From assembly GCA_965112735.1 (NCBI GenBank), contig OZ218950.1, forward strand, positions 186,001 through 250,000: a stretch of DNA of 64,000 nt. Reading direction: 5' to 3'. Positions 25,173 to 37,037 of this stretch are shown here, piece by piece (within the stretch, counting starts at the first letter, position 1; every line of letters begins with the position of its first letter). The position numbers were made by a program, and so were the translations under genes. Under the pieces are notes generated by a model that was not told where the DNA came from, did not search any database, and saw only the letters and a list, made by a program, of their open reading frames with translations. The stretch comes from Phaeosaccion multiseriatum (taxonomy: Eukaryota; Protista; Ochrophyta, other classes).

Positions 25173-26774
25173 GAGAAGCTGTCACAGCAGGGAGGATTAT
25201 AGGGGTGCGAGAAGCAGTCGAAACAGGGAGGACTTTGCGTGGCCCACGGGGCTGTGGTGAAGGGGTGTACTGTTGAGGGGTGCGACAAGCAGTCGAAACA
25301 GGGGGGACTTTGCGTGGCCCACGGGGCTGTGAAGGTACCGAAAAGGTGTACTGTTGAGGGGTGCGACAAACAGTCGCAACAGGGGGGACTTTGCAAGGGC
25401 CATGGAGCTGTGGTGAAGAGGTGTACTGTTGAGGGGTGCGATAAGGTACGGGTCCAAGGAGGACTTTGCCAGGCCCACGGGGCTGTGGTGGTACCGAAGA
25501 GGTGTACTGTTGAGGGGTGCGACAAGCAACCGAAGCAGGGGGGACTTTGCCTTGGGCACGGTGCTGTGGTGAAGAGGTGAACTGTTGAGGGGTGCGACAA
25601 GCAGCGGGTCCAAGGAGGACTTTGCAAGGGCCACGGGGCTGTGGTGGTACGGAAGAGGTGTACTGTTGAGGGGTGCGAGAAGCATCGGCAGCAAGGTGGG
25701 ATGTGCCAGAGGCATGCACGAGTGAAGAGGGAGGGGGCGGAGCAGAAGGAGGAGAATGCCCCGTGTACGCCTGTGCCCAAGCGAGGAGCTGCGGAGGACA
25801 TCAATGGGAGAGGAAGGAAGAGGGCAAAATGCCCTACTTCAATGCCTGGGGGAGAGGAGGAGAGGAAGGAGGCACTGGAGGATGGGAATGGGGTGGGTTT
25901 GCTTGCGGGGCTGGGGCTTCATGTCGGGGACGAGGTTCAACTGCCCTGTGACCTGTGGAGAGGGCTGGAAGATGGCGGGGCTGATGCTGCCACGGCCTTC
26001 TGCGGTCGTCGGGACAGGGAGCTATCGAATGGCGTGGTGGTGGCTGTGGGCCGGAGTAAAGTGTTGCTGCTGCCCCACCTCGCTGTGCGCACAAAGAGGA
26101 AGGGGGCGAGCCTGGAGAGCACGATCCGAGGCTTTGTATCTGCCTACCACCGCTATCGCTCAGGAGGAGCAGGGGAGGATGATGATGACGACAAGCTGAA
26201 GGAGGAGTGGGCGGTGCTGGAGGAGAGCATGGTGACGGCGAGTGAGAAGAAGAGGCGCGGACGGAAGGCGCTGCGAGCGTGCGTGCGTGTGGAGGGCCCT
26301 GCTGCTGATACCTCGGGACTTGGGATTTAGTGACCCGATGGCCTTCCGTCCGCCGTATCGCCTTCGCCGTGGTGAAGCTTGGGGCTTGTTTCGTACAGTG
26401 GGTGTGAAGAGTTGAGTAAGTCAATACACGTGATGGACCTTGATGAAAACAGTCGCCACCCACATCGCTTCACTGCTGTGGAAGGGGCCGAGTAACTGTG
26501 ACTTGGGGGCTTATGAATGTGCTGTGTGTGAATTTTGATGTATTTCTACGTGCAGTGGTGAGTTTCTTTACAAACAAGAGTGTAAATGAGGGCTCAAGGT
26601 TTCGTTCGCGCGAGGCAGGGGCTCACTCCGAGTCAGTACCGCCCAGCACGGGCCCGGCACCAGCATCCTCCTGAGAGTGCGAGGAGCTGCTACTAATCCC
26701 TGAATCATCCATAGACACGCTGTTGCTCATTCGAATCCCTCGCCCGTGTGGGCGTTGCTGAGGGGGGATAGACC

Positions 26775-27720
26775 ATGGACACAGGGGCGGGGGAGGAGGG
26801 GGAGGAGGAGGGGGAGGAGGAGGGGGGGGGGGATGGCAGCGGATGGCCCGCGGGAAGTACGTGCGGGGCCGCGCTGCGCTCCTTCCTGCGAGAGGTATGT
26901 AATCATTCTGTAGCCTACATGTTAGCGCATGTTATGTATCACCAACTACTATGCATATACGATGTATCACCACCTGCTTAGCGCTAAGCCGTCGGCACTT
27001 GTATGATGGAGGGATAGCTCTATCTCTCTCCCTCCATGTCCTTCTCTTCCACCTCGAAGTGTAAGCACTCACTCTCTCTCTCCTTCGCCCCTCCCCCCGC
27101 CCCCCTTTGTTTCCCCTTTGCCCCCCCCCCCCCCCTCCATCCCCATCCACTGCCATCCCATCCTGCCCCAGCTGGTGGCCGGTCTGAGCAACACGTGGCC
27201 GCATGGGGAGGTAATTTGCCTGATGAAGGGACACGTGGACGACGGGAAGGCCGTTATACACCTCCATGATCACAAGGCCGCCCTCGCCAGTGGTGGTGGT
27301 ACAGCAGTTGGTGATACAGCGGCAGTAGCAGCAGATGGGCAGCCGGAAGAGTACAGTAGTTGTGAGGAAGCTCTTGTTCTTGACATAAGGCAAGCGTTGT
27401 ATCGTCCTCAGTCTTTGGGCCTCGTAAAGCCCCAAGAACCGTCGGGAGTGTTTGCTCTGTGGGACTCCGAGCTGGGCTCCTCGTCCAGATCCAATAAGCT
27501 GAAACTGAATCTAAATCGCATGTTCCTGGGCCCCGGCCTTCACGCGTCTTTCTTTCTCTCCCTCCCCTCCCTAAGAAGTGTCTTCCCCTCACATCCCTCT
27601 TTTGATTATTCTCTTTTACAACCTTCTGTCCTCTTCTTGTCCAAGACCGCTTGGACTGGGCGCAAGGGGATCTATCCTCCTTTGTCTTCAGTCGATGGAG
27701 GCCTTCAAGTTGGCACATAA
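26775..27720 (+). other. Possible 5' exons or degenerate gene upstream of paralog C
   Basis: ATG 26775, donor gag|gtatgt ~26895, acceptor cccag ~27171, then open reading to 27720. Short patches resemble 3360-3570 upstream of paralog B (e.g. aaactg...atcgcatgttcctgggc, ctcctttgtcttcag). No recognisable domain. Confidence 0.3.
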
Positions 27721-27862
27721 GCATTCGACTTCTCTCTCTCCTCTTCACCACGACAGACAGTGAAGGAAGAGCCTTCTTGTCCACGGGGGAGGGCTTATAT
27801 ACTTTTGAAGAAACGCAAAGGAGGTGCAAGGAGGATTGTTTGAAGGGCGCGGAGTTGTGAGA

Positions 27863-29008
27863 ATGCGGAAGAGGTGTACTGTTGAGGGGTGCGACAAGCA
27901 GCGGGTCCAAGGAGGACTTTGCCAGGGTCATGGAGCTGTGACCAAAAGGTGTAGTGTGGAGGGGTGCGACAAGCATCGTGTCAGAGGAGGCCTTTGCAAG
28001 GGCCATGGAGCTGTGGTGAAGAGGTGTAGTGTTGAGGGGTGCGACAAGCAGCGGGTCCAAGGAGGACTTTGCCAGGGCCATGGAGCTGTGGTGAAGAGGT
28101 GTACTGTTGAGGGGTGCAATAAGCAGCCGAGGCAGGGAGGACTTTGCCAGGCCCACGGAGCTGTGGTGAAGAGGTGTACTGTTGAGGGGTGCGAGAAGCA
28201 GTCGCAACAGGGAGGACTTTGCCTGGCCCACGGGGCTGTGGTGGTACAGAAGAGGTGTACTGTTGAGGGGTGCGACAAGCATCGGATCCAAGGAGGTCTT
28301 TGCCTGGCCCACGGAGCTGTGAAGGTACGGAAGAGGTGTACTGTTGAGGGGTGTGATAAGTATCGGAAGCAAGGTGGGATGTGCCAGAGGCATGCACGAG
28401 TGAAGAGGGAGGGAGCGGAAGAGAAGGAGGAGAATGCCCGGTGTACGCCTATGCCCAAGCGAGGAGCTGCGGAGGACATCAATGGGAGAGGAAGCAAGAG
28501 GGCAAAATGCGCCCCTTCAATGCCTGGGGGAGAGGAGGAGAGGAAGGAGGCACTGGAGGATGGGAATGGGGTGGGTTTGCTTGCGGGGCTGGGGCTTCAT
28601 GTCGGGGACGAGGTTCAACTGCCCTGTGACCTGTGGAGAGGGCTGGAAGATGGCGGGGCTGATGCTGCCACGGCCTTCTGCGGTCGTCGGGACAGGGAGC
28701 TATCGAATGGCGTGGTGGTGGCTGTGGGCCGGAGTAAAGTGTTGCTGCTGCCCCACCTCGCTGTGCGCACAAAGAGGAAGGGGGCGAGCCTGGAGAGCAC
28801 GATCCGAGGCTTTGTATCTGCCTACCACCGCTATCGCTCAGGAGGAGCAGGGGAGGATGATGATGACGACAAGCTGAAGGAGGAGTGGGCGGTGCTGGAG
28901 GAGAGCATGGTGACGGCGAGAGAGAAGAAGAGGCGCGGACGGAAGGCGCTGCGAGCGTGCGTGCGTGTGGAGGGCCCTGCTGCTGATACCTCGGGACTTG
29001 GGATTTAG
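27863..29008 (+). CDS. Intact WRKY19-like C-x4-C-x9-C-x2-H zinc-finger repeat protein, paralog C (7 repeats plus C-terminal domain)
   Basis: Open frame with seven units CTVEGCxKxxxQGGLCxxHG (75/81-bp DNA repeats), a basic NLS-like stretch and the conserved C-terminus. No insertion. The true 5' end may lie in upstream exons. Confidence 0.8.
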   Translation: MRKRCTVEGCDKQRVQGGLCQGHGAVTKRCSVEGCDKHRVRGGLCKGHGAVVKRCSVEGCDKQRVQGGLCQGHGAVVKRCTVEGCNKQPRQGGLCQAHGAVVKRCTVEGCEKQSQQGGLCLAHGAVVVQKRCTVEGCDKHRIQGGLCLAHGAVKVRKRCTVEGCDKYRKQGGMCQRHARVKREGAEEKEENARCTPMPKRGAAEDINGRGSKRAKCAPSMPGGEEERKEALEDGNGVGLLAGLGLHVGDEVQLPCDLWRGLEDGGADAATAFCGRRDRELSNGVVVAVGRSKVLLLPHLAVRTKRKGASLESTIRGFVSAYHRYRSGGAGEDDDDDKLKEEWAVLEESMVTAREKKRRGRKALRACVRVEGPAADTSGLGI

Positions 29009-29414
29009 TGACCCGATGGCCTTAATCCGCAGTGAAGCTTGGCACGTGCAATGGGCGAACCGTAGAGTAAGTCAATTGAAGTGAATTGCCCCACTCGCCA
29101 CACACTGTGCTTCATTGCGGGGGGGGGGGGGGGGACGAATGGTTTCAACATTCACAATGGACTTGGCAGCCTACGGGCACGCTGTGTGTGTCACTTGGCG
29201 CTGGAGCTGCAGAGATGACTTGGCACGACATCGGTTACAGGTATAGAAGGAAGGCTTGATGGTAGATGGATGGCACACAGAATCCGAGGAGGGGGCTTGG
29301 AAGTGACTTGAAGACGAGGCCGCTGGGGGGATGGGGTACGTAAGCTTACGTGATGATCAGTGTATGGATTGATTGATTGATTGCACTCTCTCTCGTGTCT
29401 ACTGCAGCCCTGCC

Positions 29415-29485
<71 letters not shown>

Positions 29486-29790
29486 AAAAGAGGAGTCAAG
29501 TCCAGGCATGGCCGCAAAGTCAGGCGTGGACTCGTCTCCTCTCTGCTCACCACCCCACTTTACCCCACTCCTCTCCAACTCACTCAACTCCACCTCTCCC
29601 CTGCAATAGAGCCTCCAAGCCTCCACTCCACTGCACGAGCCTAACTAGTCAAGAGGGTGGATGCCTCTCCTCTCTTCACACCACACCACTCCACTCCACC
29701 ACCTCTGGGATCTCTGTTGCCCCCCCTGACCCCCCTCTCTCAACACCAGTCGGGTGCTCTTGCCATCCTTGTTCCTGTCCATGCACGCCT

Positions 29791-29823
<33 letters not shown>

Positions 29824-31104
29824 CACTGTGTATTCGTGTATTCATGTCTTTGCTCTCCGCCCTCAAGGGGTGGCAGTGGATGGGGAGGGACACGCAGGTG
29901 GATGGATTGAGACAGGGGATGGCAGTGGAAACAGCAGCAAGAGAGAAGTTGTATATTGTCTTCCTTTCTTCCGTGTTCCACACTTCTTTGGAACTGGAAC
30001 TCTAAGTAATCACTCTCTCGCGTATCCTCTTCCCCCTCCCCTCGGCCCATCCACTGCCATCCCCTTGGTAGGCGGCGGGCTATAAAGTGTACGACGAGGA
30101 GCAGCAGAAACGCCATCATCACTCGGTTGTAAGTCAGTGAAGGTGCAAGCAACAGGCAGGGACCACGAGAGAGGAGAACATAGAGGGATATGTCTCTATG
30201 GATGTAGGCCGACGCCATCCACCCGTCACACCGATGGGCAGCAAAAGGGTCGAGTCGGAGAGGAGAGGACAGCCGTGGGCTCAGCGTAGTAGGAGGGGCG
30301 AGCGAGTCAGAGAAAGCGAAGGAAGGGAGAGGAGGGCGTGGGCGGAGCGAGCTGAGAAGACGCGTTGGAACGATGTCAGATTAGGCTCCCGCAGGGGGTC
30401 AAGGGGTGAGCATCCTCCGTTGGGTGTAGGCAGTCGTCTTCAGGGAATGAGCTGGAATAGAAGATGAGGGAGGCTGGAGGGTTGAAGGGGCGGCGAGTGG
30501 GGCGACTGAATCCACTGGAGTAGCAGCACGAGCAGCGGTAAGACCAATCGCAGCAGCAGCGAGCAACAACTGCAGATGCAGCAGCAGTAGCTGGTGGGGG
30601 ACTAGAAAGCAGCAAGTGCTTTGCTTTCGGCCTCCTCACAATGGCACTTGTACTGCTACAGCTCTTGCGCTCTTGCCAGCTGTGATGTTACCAACCAACT
30701 ACACCCTCTCCTTGAGCAGTACCACCAACTGCTGAAGCACTTTTACCATCGTAGTACCAAAAAGCGCGGTGCGACGGAGTGAATAGTCCGCAGGGGTAGT
30801 GTGCTTGGGTCCAAAGCAGAGGAGGCCACTTCCCCCACGATGCCTTCCTCCCCTCGTCCAGGCGCAGTGCCGCACTGCCGCAGCACCGCCGATGGCAGCT
30901 CATGGCAGCACGCACCCACGGACACACCCACAGAGGACAGCATGAAGCAGCACCAGCGTCAGCCACCTTCCCTCACTCCTCCCAGGTGCTGCCATGAGCT
31001 GTCGTCTTCCGTATGGAGCAGCAGCTCGTCCACAGATTCTCACAGATGTGTCGTGTGATTCACCAATAGGGTAGGAGGAGGAAGAACGCAGCCTCGAGTA
31101 CCTG

Positions 31105-31256
31105 CTCCACTTTTTGCCTTGATGGCGCTTTCAAAAGGACTGTGCATTGGAACAATGGTCTCGCTCTCCACCTGCGAGACCCTTGCTCCAATGGAGAGCG
31201 AGACCATTGCTCCAATACACAGGGCTTTTGAGATCGCCATCAAGGCAAAAGTGGAG
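31105..31256. repeat. Long imperfect inverted repeat (hairpin, ~65-bp arms, 21-nt loop)
   Basis: Left arm 31105-31170 ctccactttttgccttgatggcg...ggtctcgctctcca is the reverse complement of 31192-31256, with 6 mismatches and 1 indel. Confidence 0.9.
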
Positions 31257-31322
31257 AGGGATAAGGCGGCCACGGCGGCGGTGGCACAAGCGGCGGTGGC
31301 ACAAGCTACGACGGGGGTCTCA

Positions 31323-31979
31323 TGTCCTCACAGATGCGGTGCCGCCCTTGGACTCGGATGTCGTGTCGCACTTGGCATGTAGTGTATACCGGCATCACAC
31401 GCATCACACCGTGAGCCAGCCATCACACCGTTGAGCCAGGCATCACAGCCATCGCGACTCTGCTCTCAATCCATACCAATCGCGAGGGTCGCAACAGCCA
31501 ACCCCAAGGTGACGACATTCCGTCTCCAAGAAGGGGCGCTGTGCCTAAAAGAGGTCCTCCGTCTCTATCTTTGTCTCGCTATCGCCTTCTCTCTCTGCTA
31601 TGCCCAGCGCGCGCTCTCCCTCTCTCTCTCTGTGTGTGTGGGTAGCGCAGGGCAGCTGATCACTGCCCCCACAGGCCAGCTGATCACTGGAAATCGCCCT
31701 GATACCCTGACACCGTGATGTAGCGCTGTCCTCATCCCCCATGCCCTCATTCCCTCTTGCGGTCGTGCAGTGCCCTGATGTGTGAGGAGGTAACGCTGTC
31801 CTCATGCCCTGATGCCCTCGTGTCCTCATTGATGCGGTGCCGCCCTTAGACTCGGATGTCGTGCCGCACTTGGCATGTAGTGTGTACACGCATCACACCG
31901 GAGAGCCAGCCATCACACCGTAGAGTCACTGCTGTCAATCCATAGCAATGGCGAAGGTCGCAACCGCCAATCCCAAGGC
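31323..31979. repeat. Dispersed direct repeat, ~160-190 bp (31323-31510 and 31821-31979)
   Basis: Both copies contain tgtcctca..gatgcggtgccgccctt.gactcggatgtcgtg.cgcacttggcatgtagtgt...catcacaccg...ccaagg. Confidence 0.8.
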
Positions 31980-32227
31980 CCATCCACGTGATTTGTCCGC
32001 AGGGGGGGGCGGGGTATATAACCGTCACGTAACCGTCATGTAACCGTCATGTCGCATCACATCCTTTAGGAAGGGAGGGCTCCAAGCAGCCTTACCGCAA
32101 TCGTAGAGACTCAAGAGTCTTCTTGAGCCACAGAATAAACTGACTGAAGGGAGGGAGGAACCTTCGCCATAACCTCGCCGGAGGAAAGGAGGGAAGGAGG
32201 GCTCTGAGGCACTTCACCTTGGCACGC

Positions 32228-35059
32228 CTAGCCAGAGTCGTAGAGGAGGATGTACCCGGTGTTGGTACCGCCGCCTGACGCCTGCTGCCCACTCACACCG
32301 AAGCACTGCGAGAGAACGCTCTCGTCCACCAGCTCCACCACATCATCGTCGTACAGCAGCCATCTGTGAATAACAGAAAGAGAGAACAACTTGTTTTCGT
32401 AAGCTGTTGGACGATACTCTCACTCTCTCTTTTGGTCGGTCCACCTTCTATGCTCTTCGTTGAGCGCCAGGGTCTTGCAAAGGTTGCTACGGACACATCT
32501 CTCTCTCCTTCTCTCTCCCTCATGGTTTCTCTTCGTTCGCCAGCGCCTCCTCTCTCTCCCTCACCTCCCCTGGCTCTTGACGATGGCCACATAGTGGCCC
32601 TGATTGGGGCCCCTCCCAATGTGCACCACCACAGCGAAGAGGCGATACAACATCTCGTCTGCCGAGGCCATTGCCTCCTGAGAGAGAGAGAGAGAGAATG
32701 AGGGGGGAGGGTGGGGCAGCGAGCGAGGGAGAGGTTGGGAGAGAGAGAGAGGAGGGGGGGAGGAGAGAGAGTAAGAGAGCGAGAGAGGGAGGGAGAGAAA
32801 GACAGAGTCATTCACTCACTCACTCACTCACTCACCGCAGTGACATTGGGTACTTTGAGCTCTAAGGGGAAAACGACGCGGTGGGAGAGCTTTCCGAAGT
32901 TCTGCATCTGTGAGTGTGGGGAGGGGAGAACCAACAGCAGTGGAGGGGCGGGGGTGGGGGGGGCAGGCCAGGCCAGGCAGGACCGGAGGAGTAGGTAGGG
33001 CCCATGGGTTAGAGCCCGTGAGGGCGTGCGTGAGTGTGTGTGCGTGTGCGTGTGTGTATGTGTGTATATGTGTGTTCCACACACAGTACAATGAGTACCG
33101 AGATCGTTGGCAACCCCCTGCCCCTGCCCCAAGCAATCCCCCTGCCCCTGCCCTAAGCAATGCCCTCACCTGCTCGACGTATTTGAACCTCTTGAGGTGC
33201 AGGGTGAGGATGCGCGGGAGGCGCTTCAACTTCATCTGCTTCTCGGCCTCCTGCCAGGGCCACACAGTGGGGAGGCAAGGGAAGGAAAGAGAAGGGGAGG
33301 TTCAAGTAAGTTACGTAAGTGAAGTATAATTTCCTTCCACCATAGGTGTTTTTATGAGAAAAAGAAATCAATGCACTGAGTGCAATGTCGAGTTGAAGTG
33401 ATGAGGTAAGAAATTTAGATTGGACTAAGTCAGCGAAAGGTAAGCTGCAACGACTAAGCAAGTCAAGCGAAAGGTAAGCTGCAACGACTAAGTCAGCGAA
33501 AGATAAGCAAAGGTGCTGCAACTGACCTGTAGGGCGTTGCAGGGCTCGCAGAAGAACTTGTTCTTGAGAGTGAGGGTTTCCGTGGAGCTGAAGTTCCGCA
33601 AACAGGCCGTCAGGGACGAGTGCTGAGTACACAGGGAGAGGATAAGCAGAGGGCAACAGATGGGGCAGGGAACAAGCACGGAACAAGCAGGGAAAGAGCA
33701 GGGAACAAGCAGGGCAGAGGGGGGTCAGCAGGGCAGCAGGGCAGCGAGGCGGAGGGGTACAGCGGGGAGTTTAGGAGAGTTGAGGGGAGATGAGAGGGTT
33801 TCCGGGGGGGGGGGGGGGTGGGGTGGTGAACAAGCTCTCACACAGTCCGGGAATGGTGCAGGAACAGTCGAGTCAGGGTGTCAGGCGCCCCCTCACTGTA
33901 CCGCCTACACACACACAGTTTCAGTTTCCTAGGTGACTCCTAGTAAGCCAAATATAGAGACCGACTGCAAGACACAGGGGGCCAAGGAGGGCCTTCTTGT
34001 CCTTCTTGTCCTTCTTCTCCCCGCTCCCCCCCCCCCCTACCCGTCCATGCCAGTCTTGTTTATCCATGTGTCATTCACAAACGTACATTTGTCACTTTTC
34101 TCTCTTCTGTCACCTCCTCCCCTCTCCCTCCTCATCGACAACTTGGCCCACGTTAAACAATCTGAAAGTCAAACTCTCAACGCACCTCTTCTATGTCAAC
34201 GGAGAGGTCCATAAAGGGCTCGTCCCTGTTGGTCACTGCCTCGCAACACAAGCACCTGGTCTCGTTTGTCAGCACCCCCTCAAAAAGCTCATGCACCCAC
34301 GACTTGGGGGGCGCATTGGTGGGGTCGCAGTCATCGCCATTTGAAAAAGTTGGTGCCCCCCCCCCTCCCATTGAGGCGCTGGTGCTGCTGCTGTTGCTGT
34401 TGAGGTTGTAGTGCTGGGGGTGGGGGTGGGGGACAGTGGCAGAGGATGGGGGGTAGGTCGAGGCCACGGACGAGGACAGGGAGGAAGAGACGGACGGGGA
34501 AAGGCTTGCAGCGCTTGCTGCCGCTGCTGCTGCCCCCCCTCCTGCTCCTGCTGTTGCTTCTGCTGCTGCTGCCGCTGCTTCTTTCTGGGGACCAGGGCAG
34601 TTCGGTGCGGGACAGGTGAGGAGAAGGAGGGACGAGGAGGAGGAGGAGGAGGAGGAGCAGGAGGAGGAGGAGGAGGAGGAGGAGGAGGAGGAGGAGGAGT
34701 GGTCTCAGCGCGGTTGACGGATACGCGTGGGCCTAAGGCCAGCAGCAGCCCCTTACTTCGCTTCCACCTCTCACCCTCCAATCCTCTGTTCCTGCTCCCC
34801 TCCCCCCTGTCCCTCCCCATATGCCTCTCCTGTGCCTCTAACCTTGGCCTCGACGAGCGTGTCCGCCATGTCATTGAGGAGGAAGTTGAGAAACTCGTGC
34901 GCGTCTTGCTGCAAGTTGCCCTGGAATTGCTCGTTGCTGGCCTTGAGGGTTTGCAGCAGCTGGGTGGGGGCCAGAGAGCCTTCTCAACATCACGTTAGAT
35001 GGGGGGAGGGAGGAAGGGAGGGAGAGGGAAAGAGAGAGGGAGGCAGGTGGGTAGGTAAG

Positions 35060-35092
<33 letters not shown>

Positions 35093-36286
35093 ACCAGACA
35101 AGGCAGGCAGGTAGACAGGCAGGCAGGCAGGTAGGCAGAGGGAGGTGGGCAAGATGGCACAGAGGCATCGAGGCAAGGAACACGGGGTGAGTAACAGGTG
35201 GTCGGCGCGGATGAGATTGAGCTAAAGCAAGTCAATCGGCCCGTTGAGCCGCAAGGAGGAGGCGAGGACACTTGTGGCTGCTGCTGATTCCCCACCTGTC
35301 TTCTTCTTCTGGGTGCTGATGTCGGCAAAGAGCAGTCCGAGTTGCCACAGCATGCTTGAGTGGGGAATGGGCCCGCTGCCACTGGCTCCATCACCGCTAC
35401 TGCTGCCGCTGCTGCTACCGTTGTCAAGCGTCTGCACGCTGGAGGATCTCCGCAGTCCCAGGGTGCCTCTGCTTCCCTTCCTGCCGCTGGAGGGCGGAGG
35501 GTGGGCGGCTGAGCCTCTCTCTGCAGCCAAAAGGAGAAGCAGGAGAAGACAGAGACAGGAGAGGGAGCGTAGGGGAAGAGGGGCGCGATGAGCGAGGAGT
35601 GGGGCCTTCTGGAGGATGCCGTGACGGCCTGTCTGAGCCTCTGATGGTACATCATGGCGACGATTCGGATCCCTTGACTCCCTTGCCTCAGCCCCAATTG
35701 GCTGATGATTGCACCACTTTGCGCACCGCGTGGGCCAAAGCCAGGAGGGAGCATCCCCACCCACCTATTTCTCGGAGCAACTGGTCCTTGAGGGGCTGGC
35801 AGAAGAAGAGGGCCTGCAGCACGCTGTTGCAGTAGCAGCTGCGGCGGACGCAAGGGGGGGCGGGAGGAAAAGGGGAAATGGGGATGGGATGAGGGGTGGG
35901 ATCATCTCCCACTCGAGAAGGACGGCGTCCTCCTCCTTCTTCTCCTTTAGCGGGGCACTCCTCGGAAGGGCCTTCGCTACATCATGGCCCACCCGCCTTT
36001 TGTGTCTCACGTGTTACCGAAGTTCTCCAGGCCAAAGTATCGCTCGTCTGAAAGAGAAGCAGGAGTAACAGTAGCAGTAGCAGTGCAGAATCAGAAGCAG
36101 CAGAATCAGCGAAGCAGCACAGGAGGTGCAGCACAGCGAGACAACGACGCCCCCCTTTCCAGCTGATTTTCATCTCCTTGCCCGTTTCCCACCTCGGCCG
36201 CTCTCTCCGGGGAACAGCAGCGGCCCATCCCTGACCAGGTCCTGCTCCAGCTTGGACTCGGCATTGCTGCTCCCTCCGACGCCCAT
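32228..36286 (-). CDS. Ubiquitin-specific protease, USP12/USP46 (plant UBP3/4)-like, multi-exon
   Basis: Exons give MG...[18 protein letters not shown]|[13 protein letters not shown] (Cys box), [44 protein letters not shown] (His box), WLLYDDD and [13 protein letters not shown] introns. Confidence 0.92.
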
Positions 36287-36448
36287 CGTATGGCGGCTCG
36301 ATCTGTCCCCCGACCCGACCCGAGCGCCCAATCGTCGACTCCCTGTCCGTGTTGTGCATCCATTCGTCGCCAGGATTTCTCTTGGCCTCACGTGCACGAC
36401 CCAGCCAGATTCCTCAAAGCCCCTGTGAGGCGGCTGTTTGAAGAAGGG

Positions 36449-36958
36449 ATGAAGAGGGCAATGGCTCCTCCACGCACCAGCTTGGCGGTGGTGCTGAGCT
36501 TTGGGCTCTCGCTGCAATGCTCAGTAGCATGGAGGTTGATGATCCACAGCCCCTCGTCCTTCCGACCATCGCCATCAGCCGAGAGGCGGGGCGGAGGAGG
36601 CTGCGGCGGCAAGAGGAGGAGGGGGGAAGGTGAGAGAGAAAGAAGGAGGGGCAGGCGGGGATGCCATATAAGTTCACTATTGAGGAAACGACAAAAGGAC
36701 GAAACAGTTTCCTTCATCTTCCCCCATCACCTCCCCTCCCCTCTCCTCCTCCCTCCCCTCTGCCCAGTGCGAATGATGGGGTCAGTGCTAGAGCCCGTGC
36801 GGTCGCGTGAGTGCAAGACGCTGCGGGAGGGCATGAAGTACTACAAGCTGGGCTCCAGCGACCTCGTCGTGAGCCAAAGCTGCTTGGGGACCATGACTTT
36901 TGGGTGCGTGCGTGCATGCCAGCAATAGCACCGACTCACGCACGACACACGTGCAGCA

Positions 36959-37037
<79 letters not shown>

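Larger units (their letters stand above)
3752..26330 (+). pseudogene. WRKY19-like zinc-finger repeat gene paralog B (14 repeat units), disrupted by four retroelement insertions and a TGA at 25578-25580
   Basis: ATG 3752 (MRKKCTVEGC...). Host segments 3752-4016, 10750-10916, 11525-11610, 18351-18431 and 25202-26330 all encode CTVEGCxKxxxQGGLCxxHG units and end in the family C-terminus. Units 4, 6, 7 and 8 are split by insertions. Confidence 0.9.

Noticed and set aside
25045-28497. Minus-strand repeat ORFs (HPSTVHLF..., PLNSTPL...)
   Set aside because: Antisense readings of the zinc-finger repeats; the plus frame has the conserved Cys/His pattern.
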